64,000 nucleotides of DNA from an uncultured Methanolobus sp. (GCA_963675495.1 OY776215.1:128001-192000), one strand, 5' to 3'. Counted from the first letter of the stretch, positions 1-10,501 are shown. The notes: generated from the sequence alone by a model not told the origin. Made by a program: numbers and translations.

Positions 1-771
1 TATGTCTTTTTCGTGGATTCAGAGGATAAGAACGAATTACTTCTGCAACTCCTAAGAGGCAAACATCTGGAATGTATTCTTGTTTTCACACGCACAAAGC
101 ACCGTGCAAACAAGGTTGCTCAGACACTTAACAAGAATAGGATCCCTGCTGATGCTATTCATGGTAACAAGTCCCAGACCCATCGCACAAAGGCACTCCA
201 TGATTTCAGGTCAGGGAAACTTCGAGTGCTTGTTGCAACAGATATTGCAGCTCGTGGAATTGATATTCCGGATATATCCCATGTCATAAACTATGACCTG
301 CCAAATCTCTCTGAAAGCTACGTACACCGTATCGGGCGTACTGCAAGGGCAGGCGCTGAGGGAACAGCATATTCTTTCTGTGCTGCAGATGAGCGTGATT
401 TCCTCCGTGGGATCGAAAAGCTCACCAGAACAAAAATCGAGGTTGCTGAACACGAGTATCATTCAGAAAAAGCTAGAACCGCCACTGGTGATGCAGCAAA
501 ACCAGCTCCAAGACAACAGCGGGGACAGAAAAACCCAAGAGGAAGTTCAAAATCCAGGGGTACAAGCAGAGGTAAAAAAGGTGAGAGTAAAGGCCATAAA
601 AATAAGCCTGCACACTCAGGTGCCAAAAAAAGCCAGGGTAATAATGCAAACAAGAGCAGCAGTTCTGGCAATAAGAGCAGTAGTAAAACAGGTGTCAAAA
701 AGGGTAGCAAAACAGGCACCAGAAACCACTCTGCTAACCGAGGCTCTGGTCAGTCCAGAAGTCGACAGTAA
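1..771 (+). CDS. DEAD-box RNA helicase, C-terminal part (5' end outside window) with basic Gly/Ser/Lys-rich tail
   Basis: Motifs IV-VI: VFTRTK, IHGNKSQ, LVATDIAARGIDI, YVHRIGRTARAG; frame open from base 1. Confidence 0.95.
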   Translation, partial: YVFFVDSEDKNELLLQLLRGKHLECILVFTRTKHRANKVAQTLNKNRIPADAIHGNKSQTHRTKALHDFRSGKLRVLVATDIAARGIDIPDISHVINYDLPNLSESYVHRIGRTARAGAEGTAYSFCAADERDFLRGIEKLTRTKIEVAEHEYHSEKARTATGDAAKPAPRQQRGQKNPRGSSKSRGTSRGKKGESKGHKNKPAHSGAKKSQGNNANKSSSSGNKSSSKTGVKKGSKTGTRNHSANRGSGQSRSRQ

Positions 772-882
772 TCGTATCACCTCCTATAATTTTATTTTTT
801 TGATATTTGAAGGGTTTAACAAGCCTGAAGAATAGAATCACTTACAATAAGTTTATGTTTGGATGCGATGAAGATTACGAGT

Positions 883-1230
883 TTATCCTAAAGTATTTTT
901 CTTTATTACCATTATCTGTGCCCAGACCCATTTTTTACATTTGGGGCATTTGAGATACTTTTTAGTTATGTTATTAGGACCCAGAAAGTTATCGGTGACT
1001 GCTATCTCGAATATCTCGTTGCAGTTGGGACATTGATATGCAAAGTTCTTTGTATGCCAAATCACGATTAAATAAGTGCTGCCAACTATCATCACCGTCC
1101 AGATATACCAATGTTTTGGTAGCAGAGACACAGAGGCGAGAGTTATTAACAGTATGAATAGCAGGATAAGCCAGATACCTCTGTACCAATCGGATTTTTC
1201 AATATCCCTGTAGCGGTCTGCTCCCATCAT
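883..1230 (-). CDS. Two-TM membrane protein with C-terminal Zn ribbon
   Basis: Two hydrophobic helices, then CPNC...CPKC. Confidence 0.75.
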   Translation of the reverse strand: MMGADRYRDIEKSDWYRGIWLILLFILLITLASVSLLPKHWYIWTVMIVGSTYLIVIWHTKNFAYQCPNCNEIFEIAVTDNFLGPNNITKKYLKCPKCKKWVWAQIMVIKKNTLG

Positions 1231-1391
1231 AAGAGCACCTCCCTAAATACATTATTATGAACTGAGTTGTTCATAAATACATCGGGGGTATTCCCCATGC
1301 ATGAACCGAAAGCAATAAAAACTCCAACTAAAGTTACATTCGTTTAACATAATGTATCATTAATTCCTTTAAAAACGAAAGTGATCTCAAA

Positions 1392-1748
1392 ATGAAGTAT
1401 CTCATCCAATTCGCTATAATTTTTGCTATATGCTTTATGGGTGACTTGCTCCAGAGTTACTTTAATCTGCACATTCCAGGAAATGTTCTGGGAATGATGC
1501 TGTTATTATTATTTCTTCTGACAGGTATCATTAAACTGTCCATGATAGAGGATGTAAGCAACTTCCTGCTGAAGCATCTCTCGTTTTTCTTTATTCCAGC
1601 AGCAGTGGGTTTGATTACCTGCTTCTCGATACTTGAAGGAAAATGGACTGCTCTGATGTTCATATCAGTAGTTTCGACCTTTATTATTGCAGTTGTGACC
1701 GGTGCAACAGTACAGATTCTTATGAAAAGGAGGCAGTCCGTTGAGTGA
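1392..1748 (+). CDS. lrgA: CidA/LrgA family membrane protein
   Basis: IPGNVLGMMLL and FFIPAAVG signatures; overlaps lrgB start. Confidence 0.9.
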   Translation: MKYLIQFAIIFAICFMGDLLQSYFNLHIPGNVLGMMLLLLFLLTGIIKLSMIEDVSNFLLKHLSFFFIPAAVGLITCFSILEGKWTALMFISVVSTFIIAVVTGATVQILMKRRQSVE

Positions 1749-2445
1749 GCTTATTTCTCTGTTCGTGGAGTCTCCTGTTTTTGGAATAGGGATATCTCTG
1801 TTGACGTTCTATGCTGGCGGGTTGCTATACAAAAAAACGGGCTCACCTCTTATGAATCCGCTTGTGATCAGTATGGTGATGATAATCATTTTTCTTCTGG
1901 GCTTCCATATCAGTTTTGAAGATTACAACCGGGGCGGGCAGTTCATATCATTCTTCCTGGGTCCGGCTACCGTTATTCTTGCCGTTCCCCTGTACAAGAA
2001 AATAAGCTTGTTGAAAGAGAATGTCGTTCCCATTCTTGCTGGTATCAGCATCGGATCTGCCGCAGGCATTGCGAGTATTATTGTCATGTGCAAGATGTTT
2101 GGTCTCAATGAGCTGGTGAGCATCTCCATGATTCCCAAATCAGTCACCACTCCAATTGGAATTGAGATATCCAGCCAGCTTGGAGGTTTGCCATCCATAA
2201 CCGTTGCAGCCATAGTCTTTACGGGCATAGCTGGTGTTCTTCTAGGTCCTATGGTCTGTAAGTTGTTCAGGATAGATAACAAGGTGGCAGTAGGGGTTGC
2301 CATAGGGACATCATCTCACGCACTTGGCACGACCAAAGCCGTTGAACTGGGAGAGATCGAGGGAGCTATGAGCGGTCTGGCAATAGGTATTGCCGGTTTG
2401 ATAACCGTGTTCCTTGCTCCGATACTGGCTAAACTGTTGATGTGA
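1741..2445 (+). CDS. lrgB: LrgB family membrane protein
   Basis: LGPATVILAVPLY, PKSVTTPI and SSHALGT motifs. Confidence 0.93.
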   Translation: MSELISLFVESPVFGIGISLLTFYAGGLLYKKTGSPLMNPLVISMVMIIIFLLGFHISFEDYNRGGQFISFFLGPATVILAVPLYKKISLLKENVVPILAGISIGSAAGIASIIVMCKMFGLNELVSISMIPKSVTTPIGIEISSQLGGLPSITVAAIVFTGIAGVLLGPMVCKLFRIDNKVAVGVAIGTSSHALGTTKAVELGEIEGAMSGLAIGIAGLITVFLAPILAKLLM

Positions 2446-2520
2446 GCAGTTTTTGTTTGACTCCTGCTTTTCTGAAGATAGGATGGAAATGGTTATCTCT
2501 ATAAACTAAACTATATCTTA

Positions 2521-2761
2521 ATGGGGAATTTTCACGATTATTATACAAAAAAGATATCAGGATGTAGCTGACGAGATAAATGAGGAAGAAATTGACCGTG
2601 TAAAGCTGAATCTTACCATCACAAGGAAGATATGCTGCGGTGGAATGGACAAAAAAGAGTATGACCTGGGCTGGGTTGAAAATCCCAGGGATATGAAGAT
2701 AACCACTGTTAAGGATTATGAGATCAAGGACAGGGTGCTTGAGGTCTGGGTCGAGCCTTGA
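2521..2761 (+). pseudogene. Small hypothetical protein with +1 frameshift right after the start
   Basis: ATGGGGAATT has one extra G; removing it gives MGIFTIIIQKRYQDVADE...KICCGG...VLEVWVEP*; span is 241 nt = 240+1. Confidence 0.6.
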
Positions 2762-2791
2762 TCGACAATTGAGTATTTCTACAAATCCTGT

Positions 2792-3082
2792 TTATTCAAC
2801 TTCTATTTCCAGACCGCCTATTATTCCTGTTGCTGCATTGAACACCAGTGCAGTGATTATGCCGGTAATTAAACCGAGAATTCCATAGAAAATAGGCAAT
2901 ATTATAATTGCTCCTGCTCCGAAAAACATTCCTCCCATTCCGGGATGGAACGCCATAGAACCAATTGTCAGGGAAGCAAGGGTCATGAAAGCTCCTAGTA
3001 TGAGGCCCATTATTGCGTAAAGAACTCCCACGATCTTTCCAAGTGAAAGCACACCAATTTTTTTAATGTATCTTGTTGCCAC
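2792..3082 (-). CDS. Small two-TM membrane protein (DUF3566-like)
   Basis: IKKIGVLSLGK...YN/FN..A...GGLEIEVE pattern; GGAGG RBS before GTG. Confidence 0.7.
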   Translation of the reverse strand: MATRYIKKIGVLSLGKIVGVLYAIMGLILGAFMTLASLTIGSMAFHPGMGGMFFGAGAIIILPIFYGILGLITGIITALVFNAATGIIGGLEIEVE

Positions 3083-3276
3083 AGATTAACCTCCGTAATT
3101 GTGCATTAAACTCTATTGCTGGGATATAAATGGGTATCTGTTGTGAGTTTGTTAGGAGAGGATATTGTTCGAAGTTTTGATAGAATTAATCCTTTCTTAA
3201 GATAGATAAAGACGATGAGACTGTTTTAATTGCTAAAAGCAGCAATGATTTTATTTTTAGATTTGTGCTTCATTTT

Positions 3277-3577
3277 GGTTCTATAGATTTCCTCATTTTA
3301 ATAAAAAACAACCTTGAAATTATTTCAATAGGATTTTCCCCTCTCCCCCAAACCCCGTCACCCCTTTTTTTTTATTCACATGACCCCTGTAATAGACGGC
3401 TTCTGCTCCTCATTCCACTTAAATGGTGAACACATACGTGATTAGCAAAGTTACTGGTTTTAAAAAAATGGTTGTTTGTTCTGTAAAATACGAAAAAAAA
3501 TTTTTAATATCGGACAGTACACTTAAACCAATCCTTAATTTCACATTCGTCTAAATATTGAAAATTTCTACAGAGCC
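3277..3577. mobile_element. ~300-bp MITE / internally deleted IS5 (IS903-like) element
   Basis: Degenerate left end GGTTCTATAGATTT and right end ATTTCTACAGAGCC; internal CCCCTCTCCCCCAAACCCC..CACCCCTTTTTTT block shared with 14176 and 16800 copies. Confidence 0.7.
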
Positions 3578-3616
3578 GAAAAAAATAGAATATATAATTT
3601 TACAGTTTGAACAACA

Positions 3617-4168
3617 TTAAGCATCTCTTGATCTGAGATATTCTTTAAAAGGTGCCAGAGTCTTAATTTTAATAGTTAACATGGGAATGGGTAAACCCTT
3701 TTCCAGCTTGCTCTCAAAAGAACGATGTGATTGTTCAAAGTCATCGATCGTTTTTGCAGGAATAGGTTGCTTTAGTATATTCTCTGAATATTCCACATAG
3801 TCTTTGAATATATCTGCCCCCATATCACCTGGAAAGAGAAGCAATACATCTGACACATTGCAAATGTTAAACGGAAACATTCGACATATTGTTGGTCTCC
3901 ATTCATATACGCTGCACATATCAGATTCTAAAAAAGGGCAAGGAGGTTGTATTTTATACGGATATTCTCCTTCTTCATCGCAGGATTCAATCACATCGGC
4001 CTTATAGTTTGGTGCCTGCATTAATAGATCCAGATCATTTTCATCCAGATTTATATCTGCTATTTTGCAGCAAAGTGCAGGACACGTAGGTGGATATGAA
4101 TAGTGTGAAAGTATTTCCTGAACAGTATCAAAAAAAGGTAAATCACTTAACATTCTTTTTTCGGACAT
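3617..4168 (-). CDS. YkgJ family Cys-cluster protein
   Basis: CPALCC...CPFL...CSVYEWRPTICRMFPF. Confidence 0.85.
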   Translation of the reverse strand: MSEKRMLSDLPFFDTVQEILSHYSYPPTCPALCCKIADINLDENDLDLLMQAPNYKADVIESCDEEGEYPYKIQPPCPFLESDMCSVYEWRPTICRMFPFNICNVSDVLLLFPGDMGADIFKDYVEYSENILKQPIPAKTIDDFEQSHRSFESKLEKGLPIPMLTIKIKTLAPFKEYLRSRDA

Positions 4169-4290
4169 AATAAAAATGTCAATGGATTTCTATATGAACA
4201 TTTCTAAATGTTCTTGTCAGGCATTATTCAGAATTAAATGGAATTCAGGGGAGAATAGTTTAGCCTATTATTTATTGATATTCAGAAAGA

Positions 4291-4542
4291 CTACTTATAT
4301 TTCAGTAACCGGAACATCCCTCTGGATGGTTTATAGATCCTGTCAGGAAACCTTTCGACAAGTTTCCAGATGCATCCGTTGACAGTCTTTGGATGAAAAG
4401 AAGAATCTGATGCCTTGATCATTGAGAGCAGTTCTGACCAGCGCAGACCTTGCGGATGCTTCTCAAGTAATTCAAATGCTGTTGCGTTTATGCGTTCAGT
4501 GACTCTGGATGATCGCATATTTGGTTTTGGTGTTTTTACCAT
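4291..4542 (-). CDS. Small hypothetical protein, probable winged helix
   Basis: Basic ~83-aa ORF, GLRWSELL...KPSRGMFRL; start taken at MVKTPK. Confidence 0.6.
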   Translation of the reverse strand: MVKTPKPNMRSSRVTERINATAFELLEKHPQGLRWSELLSMIKASDSSFHPKTVNGCIWKLVERFPDRIYKPSRGMFRLLKYK

Positions 4543-4611
4543 ATTAAAATTGTTTAGTTTCAAAATCATAAATGTTTTGTTGAAAAGCGCCTGAATTGAA
4601 TATCATATAGA

Positions 4612-4925
4612 GAGCTAAGAAAGTAACTGAGGAGTTCAATAACTGGATGAACAAGAAAGTTCCCTACAAAAAGCAGTCTGTTATGTGGAGCTATGCCCTG
4701 TTATTGAAATCAAGAGAGTTAGCTAAATATCTTGTTGGTAAAAGGAAAGATATTGCTTTTTGTAATCCTGCTTATGTTGTGGAAAGGGAGGATTCAAAAG
4801 AGATTATGAAGAAGATATTGAGTATTGCTTATACTGATTGGGAAGAGATGGGGTTTTCAAAGGGTGCGCTCTATTGCATGAGGAAGAATGCTAAAGCAGA
4901 TAAAGCATTTACTCTTATTGCTCAT
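4612..4925 (+). pseudogene. cas1: C-terminal fragment of solo Cas1 (methanogen stand-alone/casposase-like type)
   Basis: AKKVTEEFNNWMNK...WSYALLLKSRELAKYLVGK...WEEMGFSKGALYCMRKNAK..K.FTL resembles the solo-Cas1 C-terminus; N-terminal catalytic part absent; no CRISPR array. Confidence 0.65.
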
Positions 4926-4983
4926 GCTAGCGAAGGGGGTGGAAATAACTCGGATCCATATATGATAATGCAATGGCAATTAT

Positions 4984-5049
4984 TAGTTTCATGCGTAACT
5001 ATTTAATGAATAAATTGTAATATGCTAATATAGTTTCATCTGGAACTAT
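4984..5049. promoter_or_regulatory. Tandem palindromic operators TAGTT-N8-AACTA upstream of nitroreductase (probable MarR sites)
   Basis: TAGTTtcatgcgtAACTA at 4984-5001 and TAGTTtcatctggAACTA at 5031-5048. Confidence 0.6.
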
Positions 5050-5093
5050 TTGTTTAATTATTCTAACTGCTACAATATAATGAGGAGATTACC

Positions 5094-5711
5094 ATGGATT
5101 ATGAAATTCTGTCAAAAATCACAGCAAATAGAAGGTCAATCAGAAAATTCAAAGAAGATGCTGTATCCAGAGATTACATTGAGAAAATAGTGAAAATAGG
5201 TATGCAAGCTCCCTCAGGATTTAACGCGCAGCCATGGGAAATTGTTGTGATTGACGATAAAGAGCTAAGGAATGAAATAACCCAGTATTTATTAGATGGG
5301 ATTGGAGAAGGTAAGACCTCAAAAGCTTTTAGAAAAGCACCGGTGTTCATCATATTATATGGAGATGAAAGAACCAGAGACTATGGGCCTGCTGGCAAAA
5401 AAGATAATGACAAGTGGTGGGAATTTACATTGAATACTTCTTTGGGGTGTTCTTTTATGAGTATGCAAATGGCTGCTTCGAGTTTGGGACTAGGATCAAT
5501 GTGGGTCTCAGCATTCAGAAACCCCGATGTTGATAGTCGGGCCAGGAAACTTTTGAAAATACCAGAACACCTTAAAGTTTATGAAATGATGGCAATTGGA
5601 TATCCCGATATGAAACCAGGGACAAAGAAGCTTAGAGAACTGACTGATGTAATTCATTACAATCAGGATGAAAATTATCGAACAAACGACGATCTTGAGA
5701 ATTGGTTCTGA
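5094..5711 (+). CDS. Nitroreductase family protein
   Basis: RRSIRKF, APSGFNAQPW, LGLGSMW, AIGYP. Confidence 0.93.
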   Translation: MDYEILSKITANRRSIRKFKEDAVSRDYIEKIVKIGMQAPSGFNAQPWEIVVIDDKELRNEITQYLLDGIGEGKTSKAFRKAPVFIILYGDERTRDYGPAGKKDNDKWWEFTLNTSLGCSFMSMQMAASSLGLGSMWVSAFRNPDVDSRARKLLKIPEHLKVYEMMAIGYPDMKPGTKKLRELTDVIHYNQDENYRTNDDLENWF

Positions 5712-5716
5712 TATAC

Positions 5717-5744
5717 AAATAAATAAATAAATAAATAAATAAAT
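5717..5744. repeat. (AAAT)7 microsatellite
   Basis: Seven perfect AAAT units. Confidence 0.9.
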
Positions 5745-5762
5745 CGATATATGGGGTTGCTA

Positions 5763-5845
5763 ATGCAAAAATCCAGGCTCGAATCATTTTCTGATGCTGC
5801 TCTAGCCATTTTTATCACCTTTTTTTGATTGTGGTGCTGGAATGA
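5763..5845 (+). pseudogene. TMEM175/DUF1211 K+-channel N-terminal remnant
   Basis: MQKSRLESFSDAALAIFIT, frameshift in T-run, then IVVLE*; matches RLEAFSD..AI..T..VLE signature. Confidence 0.65.
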
Positions 5846-5901
5846 TTGAGGATTAAATATATGAAAAAAGATGCTAAAAATATGGCAAGGATGTAAAGCA
5901 G

Positions 5902-6381
5902 ATGAAGAAACCTGGAGCTGAGTTAAAACCAACTGAGATCTTAGTACCAATAGTGGAGATGTTCAGAAGTCATCTTGTATATATGTCCAGATATTTGAAA
6001 TCTTATGGGTTTAACTGGGTTCATTTTGAATTTTTGATGTATCTCTACCATAAAGAAGAAGGAATATCTCAGGAGAATCTTGCAAAGGTTTTCATGGTTA
6101 GTAAAGCAACAAGTACACGTACCATACAAAAACTGGAATCTGAAGGCTATGTATCCAGAACCAGGGATGAAAGTGACAGAAGGGCATACAAAGTCTATCT
6201 CACAGATAAAGGAAGAGATATACAAGAAATAATTTGGCCGAAACTTCTTGATTGGGTTGATATAGTCTTTTCAGACTTTGATTATGAAGAAAGAGAGACT
6301 TTCAAGAAGATGTTAAAGAAAGCATGCTACAAAGCACGCATCGTAAGAAATTCTATTTTAGCAGATGACACTATGAAGTGA
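5902..6381 (+). CDS. MarR family transcriptional regulator
   Basis: SQENLA...LESEGYVSRTRDESDRRAYKVYLTDKG. Confidence 0.92.
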   Translation: MKKPGAELKPTEILVPIVEMFRSHLVYMSRYLKSYGFNWVHFEFLMYLYHKEEGISQENLAKVFMVSKATSTRTIQKLESEGYVSRTRDESDRRAYKVYLTDKGRDIQEIIWPKLLDWVDIVFSDFDYEERETFKKMLKKACYKARIVRNSILADDTMK

Positions 6382-6613
6382 CTGGACATAAGGATTAAAA
6401 ACTGAGTCTTATGCAACTTATCCAAAATTAATTTACTTAATATGCATTTTTACTTGTAATACATTAAAATTATACACTATAATATTTATTACAAATTAAT
6501 TTTCATTAAAAGAGCGTACAAAAAATTACAGTTACCTATATCCCAAAAATGAGGTGCTACAGAAAATATTTGAACCATTACTATCCAGAACTAAATCAAA
6601 GAGGGAAGTTATT

Positions 6614-9025
6614 TCACCTCCCCATCCCCTTCTCAACCTCCAGCACTTTCAGCGCGATCTTCATCACTGAATCAGGGTTCAGTGATATTGAATCGATGCC
6701 TTCCTTCACCAGAAACTCAGCGAATTCGGGGTAATCACTGGGGGCCTGGCCGCAGAGGCCGATGTGTCTCTTGTTTCTTTTAGCTCCCTGTATTGCCATT
6801 GAGGTCATTTTTTTGACAGCTTCGTCACGTTCGTCAAAAGAGGTGGCAAGTATCTCGGAATCCCTGTCCACGCCAAGAGTTAGTTGTGTCAGGTCATTGG
6901 AGCCGATGGAGAAACCATCGAAGTACTTGCTGAATTTGTCTATCAGCAGGACATTGCTGGGAATCTCGCTCATCATGTAGACCTGCAGGCCGTTCTCTCC
7001 CCTTACGAGGCCATTCTTCTTCATTTCCTCAATGACCTTCTTGGCTTCCTCTATGCGCCTGCAGAAAGGGATCATAAGAATGAGGTTGGTCAGTCCCATC
7101 TCATCTCTCACTTTTTTCATGGCTTTGCACTCAAGAGCGAAGCCTTCCCTGTAACGCTCATCATAGTAGCGTGAAGCACCCCTGAAACCAAGCATTGGAT
7201 TGCTCTCTTCGAGCTCAAAGTACTCTCCACCTAAAAGGCTTGCGTATTCGTTGGATTTGAAATCGCTCATACGCACCACCACGGGCTTCGGGTGGAATGC
7301 AGCTGTAATGGTTGCAACACCCTCTGCGAGTCTCTCCACGAAAAAGTCTGTTTTGTTCGCGTATTTACCTGTGAGTTTGTTAATATCTTCCATTACTTGT
7401 GGATTCTCTATTTTTTCAGGATGTACAAGTGCCATGGGATGCACTTTGATATAACTAGTAATGATGAATTCCAGTCTTGCAAGCCCTATACCATCATTTG
7501 GTATCATGGACATCGCAAAGGCTTCCTCGGGATTGCCCAGATTCATCATTATCTCTGTCTTTGTCTTCTCCAGTCCCTTGAGGTCAACAGTTTCAATGTG
7601 AAACGGAAGCATGCCTTCATGCACTTTGCCTGCATCTCCTTCTGCGCAATTAACTGTGACATCCATGTCATCTCTCAGTTTTTCCGTGGCATCCTCTGTG
7701 CCCACAACAGCCGGGATGCCAAGTTCACGGCTCACAATAGCCGCGTGGCAGGTTCTTCCGCCTTTATTCGTAATGATGGCTGCTGCCTGCTTCATTACAG
7801 GCTCCCAATCGGGGGTGGTGGTATCGGCCACCAGTATCTCCCCTGCATTGAAATCCGGAAGTAGTGCAACATCTGAGATAACATGGACCTTACCAGCAGC
7901 TATCTTTGAGCCAACACTTCTTCCTGTAACGATCACATCCGAACTCTCATCCAGGTAATATGTCTCAAGCACGTCCTTCTTTTTCAGGGACTGCACCGTT
8001 TCCGGCCTTGCCTGAACGATGAACAGCTCTCCGGTTTCGCCATCCTTGGCCCACTCAATATCCATTGGCACATGCTTGCTTCTCTTTTTGGAATAGTGGT
8101 CCTCAATTGTCATTGCGAATTTTGCAAGTTGTAATATCTCATCATCAGTGACACAATACTCTTTCCTGTCCGCTTCAGGCACATCCACATTACGTGTCAG
8201 CACACGGGAATCACCACGTCCGTATATCATTTTGATATCTTTGCTACCCAGTTTCTTTTTTATTATTGGGCGGTGGCCTTCTTTCAGTGTGGGTTTGAAA
8301 ACATAGAACTCATCAGGATTGACAAGTCCCTGCACTACATTCTCTCCGAGACCGTAGGCTCCAGTTATGAATACCACATTTTCAAAACCTGATTCTGTAT
8401 CGATGGTAAATATCACGCCACTTGATGCAAGGTCCGAACGCACCATTTTCATAACGCCTATTGAAAGGCCAACTGTGAAGTGGTCGAATCCGTTGTTCAC
8501 CCTGTATGAGATCGCCCTGTCAGTGAAAAGTGATGCAAAACATCTGTTACAGGCATCCTTCAGTGAGTGGTATCCATGTACGTTCAGATAAGTTTCCTGC
8601 TGCCCTGCAAAAGAGGCATTCGGAAGGTCCTCTGCAGTCGCTGAACTGCGCACCGCCACATCTGTGTCCTCTCCATACTGCTCGCAGAGTTTGTCGTAAG
8701 CCTCCTTTATCTCTTCCCAGAGGTCATCGGGGATACCTGCATCAAGCACGATATTCCTGGCTTTCTTGCCTCTCTGTGAAAGATCAGTGATATCATCGAT
8801 ATCCAGTCCTTCAAGTACTGCCTTGAGTTCTTCCAGCACTCCTGCTGCCTTGAGAACATGCCAGTAGGCATCTGCAGTTATGGCAAAACCATTGGGAATT
8901 TTGATACTTTTGTCTGTAAGTTCCCTGTACATTTCTCCAAGGGATGCATTTTTTCCTCCAACTGAAGGCACATCATCTATTGTTATTTCTTCAAACCACC
9001 GGATATACTCGCTATTTATCGTCAT
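6614..9025 (-). CDS. ppsA: Phosphoenolpyruvate synthase
   Basis: VGGKNASLGEM, RSSATAEDLP, GGRTCHAAIVSRELG, FSIGSNDLTQ. Confidence 0.97.
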   Translation of the reverse strand: MTINSEYIRWFEEITIDDVPSVGGKNASLGEMYRELTDKSIKIPNGFAITADAYWHVLKAAGVLEELKAVLEGLDIDDITDLSQRGKKARNIVLDAGIPDDLWEEIKEAYDKLCEQYGEDTDVAVRSSATAEDLPNASFAGQQETYLNVHGYHSLKDACNRCFASLFTDRAISYRVNNGFDHFTVGLSIGVMKMVRSDLASSGVIFTIDTESGFENVVFITGAYGLGENVVQGLVNPDEFYVFKPTLKEGHRPIIKKKLGSKDIKMIYGRGDSRVLTRNVDVPEADRKEYCVTDDEILQLAKFAMTIEDHYSKKRSKHVPMDIEWAKDGETGELFIVQARPETVQSLKKKDVLETYYLDESSDVIVTGRSVGSKIAAGKVHVISDVALLPDFNAGEILVADTTTPDWEPVMKQAAAIITNKGGRTCHAAIVSRELGIPAVVGTEDATEKLRDDMDVTVNCAEGDAGKVHEGMLPFHIETVDLKGLEKTKTEIMMNLGNPEEAFAMSMIPNDGIGLARLEFIITSYIKVHPMALVHPEKIENPQVMEDINKLTGKYANKTDFFVERLAEGVATITAAFHPKPVVVRMSDFKSNEYASLLGGEYFELEESNPMLGFRGASRYYDERYREGFALECKAMKKVRDEMGLTNLILMIPFCRRIEEAKKVIEEMKKNGLVRGENGLQVYMMSEIPSNVLLIDKFSKYFDGFSIGSNDLTQLTLGVDRDSEILATSFDERDEAVKKMTSMAIQGAKRNKRHIGLCGQAPSDYPEFAEFLVKEGIDSISLNPDSVMKIALKVLEVEKGMGR

Positions 9026-9075
9026 AACCCCACTCCATTTTTAATTCAATTTGATCGTGTAATTCAAGATTGGTT

Positions 9076-9306
9076 TTAGCCATCATTTCCTATTGCATCG
9101 ACCGGACAAATACTCAATGCTCTTTCGCAATCATTCTTTTCATCATCATTTTCCGGCTGTTTGAAAACATAAGCTCCCCTATTATTATTGGCCATTTTGA
9201 AATGGTTTGAAGCTTCATCCGCACATACCTGACATGCTATGCAATTCCCATCAACATAATAAGGGCCTGGAACATTATCCGGCATTTTGCTATTTTTATC
9301 TGCTAT
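9076..9306 (-). CDS. Ferredoxin (single cluster)
   Basis: CIACQVC...CPVDAIG; RBS GGGGGAG points to in-frame ATA at 9306 (I/M-ADKNSK), seven codons upstream of the ATG at 9285. Confidence 0.85.
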   Translation of the reverse strand: MADKNSKMPDNVPGPYYVDGNCIACQVCADEASNHFKMANNNRGAYVFKQPENDDEKNDCERALSICPVDAIGNDG

Positions 9307-9478
9307 ATTGACTCCCCCTTAAACTAATGGTAATTATTTGAGGTGCATAGTACATAAGATATTAGTCATGGAAGTAAAAGCAAATTATCATGCATTTTGG
9401 AATACCACTATAAACCAGAATAACCATTGAAAGCAAATTACCAATGGATAAAAGGAATACTAAAAAAGGAAGGTCATC

Positions 9479-10501
9479 ATGGGCACACAAATAGGAGCAT
9501 TACTCACAAAGAACCCTATCACTTACGAAGAACTCAGCGGCAAAGTGATTGCTATCGATGCATACAATACCATTTACCAGTTCCTTAGTGCTATTCGCCA
9601 GCGTGATGGTTCACTGCTCACAGATTCCAATGGAAATCCCACATCCCATCTTACCGGCATGTTCTCAAGAACCAGCAAACTGAGGGATGCAAACATCAAA
9701 CCGGTCTTTATCTTTGATGGTAAACCGCCGGATATGAAGAGGGAAACACTAGATAAACGTAAGGAATGCAAAGAGAATGCAGCCCGTAAATATGAGATTG
9801 CCAAGGATGAAGGCAACATTGAGGACATGAAGAAATTTGCACAGGGAACTTCCCGAATAACCCCGCAGATACTTGATGAATCAAAAAAACTCCTTGACCT
9901 TATGGGTATTCCTCACATTCAGGCAGAATCCGAAGCAGAAGCACAGGCGGCGTTCATGGCTTCCCGAGGGGATGCGGATCTTGTTGGTTCACAGGATTAC
10001 GATGTTTTTCTTTTCGGAGCCGAAGATGTCGTTCGCAATCTGGGAAGCAGTGGAAAGAGAAAGGTCCCTGGGAAGAAAGAGTACGTTGTAAAGACCCCGG
10101 AGCATATTTCCCTGACAGGTTCCCTTGAGCAGTTAGACATAACCCGTGAACAACTTATTGATCTTGCCATCTGCATTGGTACGGATTTCAATGAAGGTAT
10201 CCATCGTGTAGGTGCCAAGACAGCCCTTAAGCTTATTCGTAAACACGAGGACATTGATACTATTATCAGGGAAGAGAACAAGGATATCAGGGCTTGTACT
10301 TCAGTAGAAGAAATTAGGCAATTCTTCCTGGATCCACCCGTAACTACTGATTATAATCTCAGTTGGAAGAAGCCGAAGTCAGAGACCTTGTGTGATTATC
10401 TTGTTGAAAGGGACTTTTCGGAAAAGCAGGTGCTCAAGAATACTGAGATCTTAGAGAATAAAGCGAATGATGAGTGTCAGTCCTGTCTTGGAGATTGGTA
10501 A
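9479..10501 (+). CDS. fen: Flap endonuclease-1
   Basis: IDAYNTIYQFL, VFIFDG, EAEAQ, SQDYD, GTDFN; C-terminal PIP box QSCLGDW. Confidence 0.95.
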   Translation: MGTQIGALLTKNPITYEELSGKVIAIDAYNTIYQFLSAIRQRDGSLLTDSNGNPTSHLTGMFSRTSKLRDANIKPVFIFDGKPPDMKRETLDKRKECKENAARKYEIAKDEGNIEDMKKFAQGTSRITPQILDESKKLLDLMGIPHIQAESEAEAQAAFMASRGDADLVGSQDYDVFLFGAEDVVRNLGSSGKRKVPGKKEYVVKTPEHISLTGSLEQLDITREQLIDLAICIGTDFNEGIHRVGAKTALKLIRKHEDIDTIIREENKDIRACTSVEEIRQFFLDPPVTTDYNLSWKKPKSETLCDYLVERDFSEKQVLKNTEILENKANDECQSCLGDW

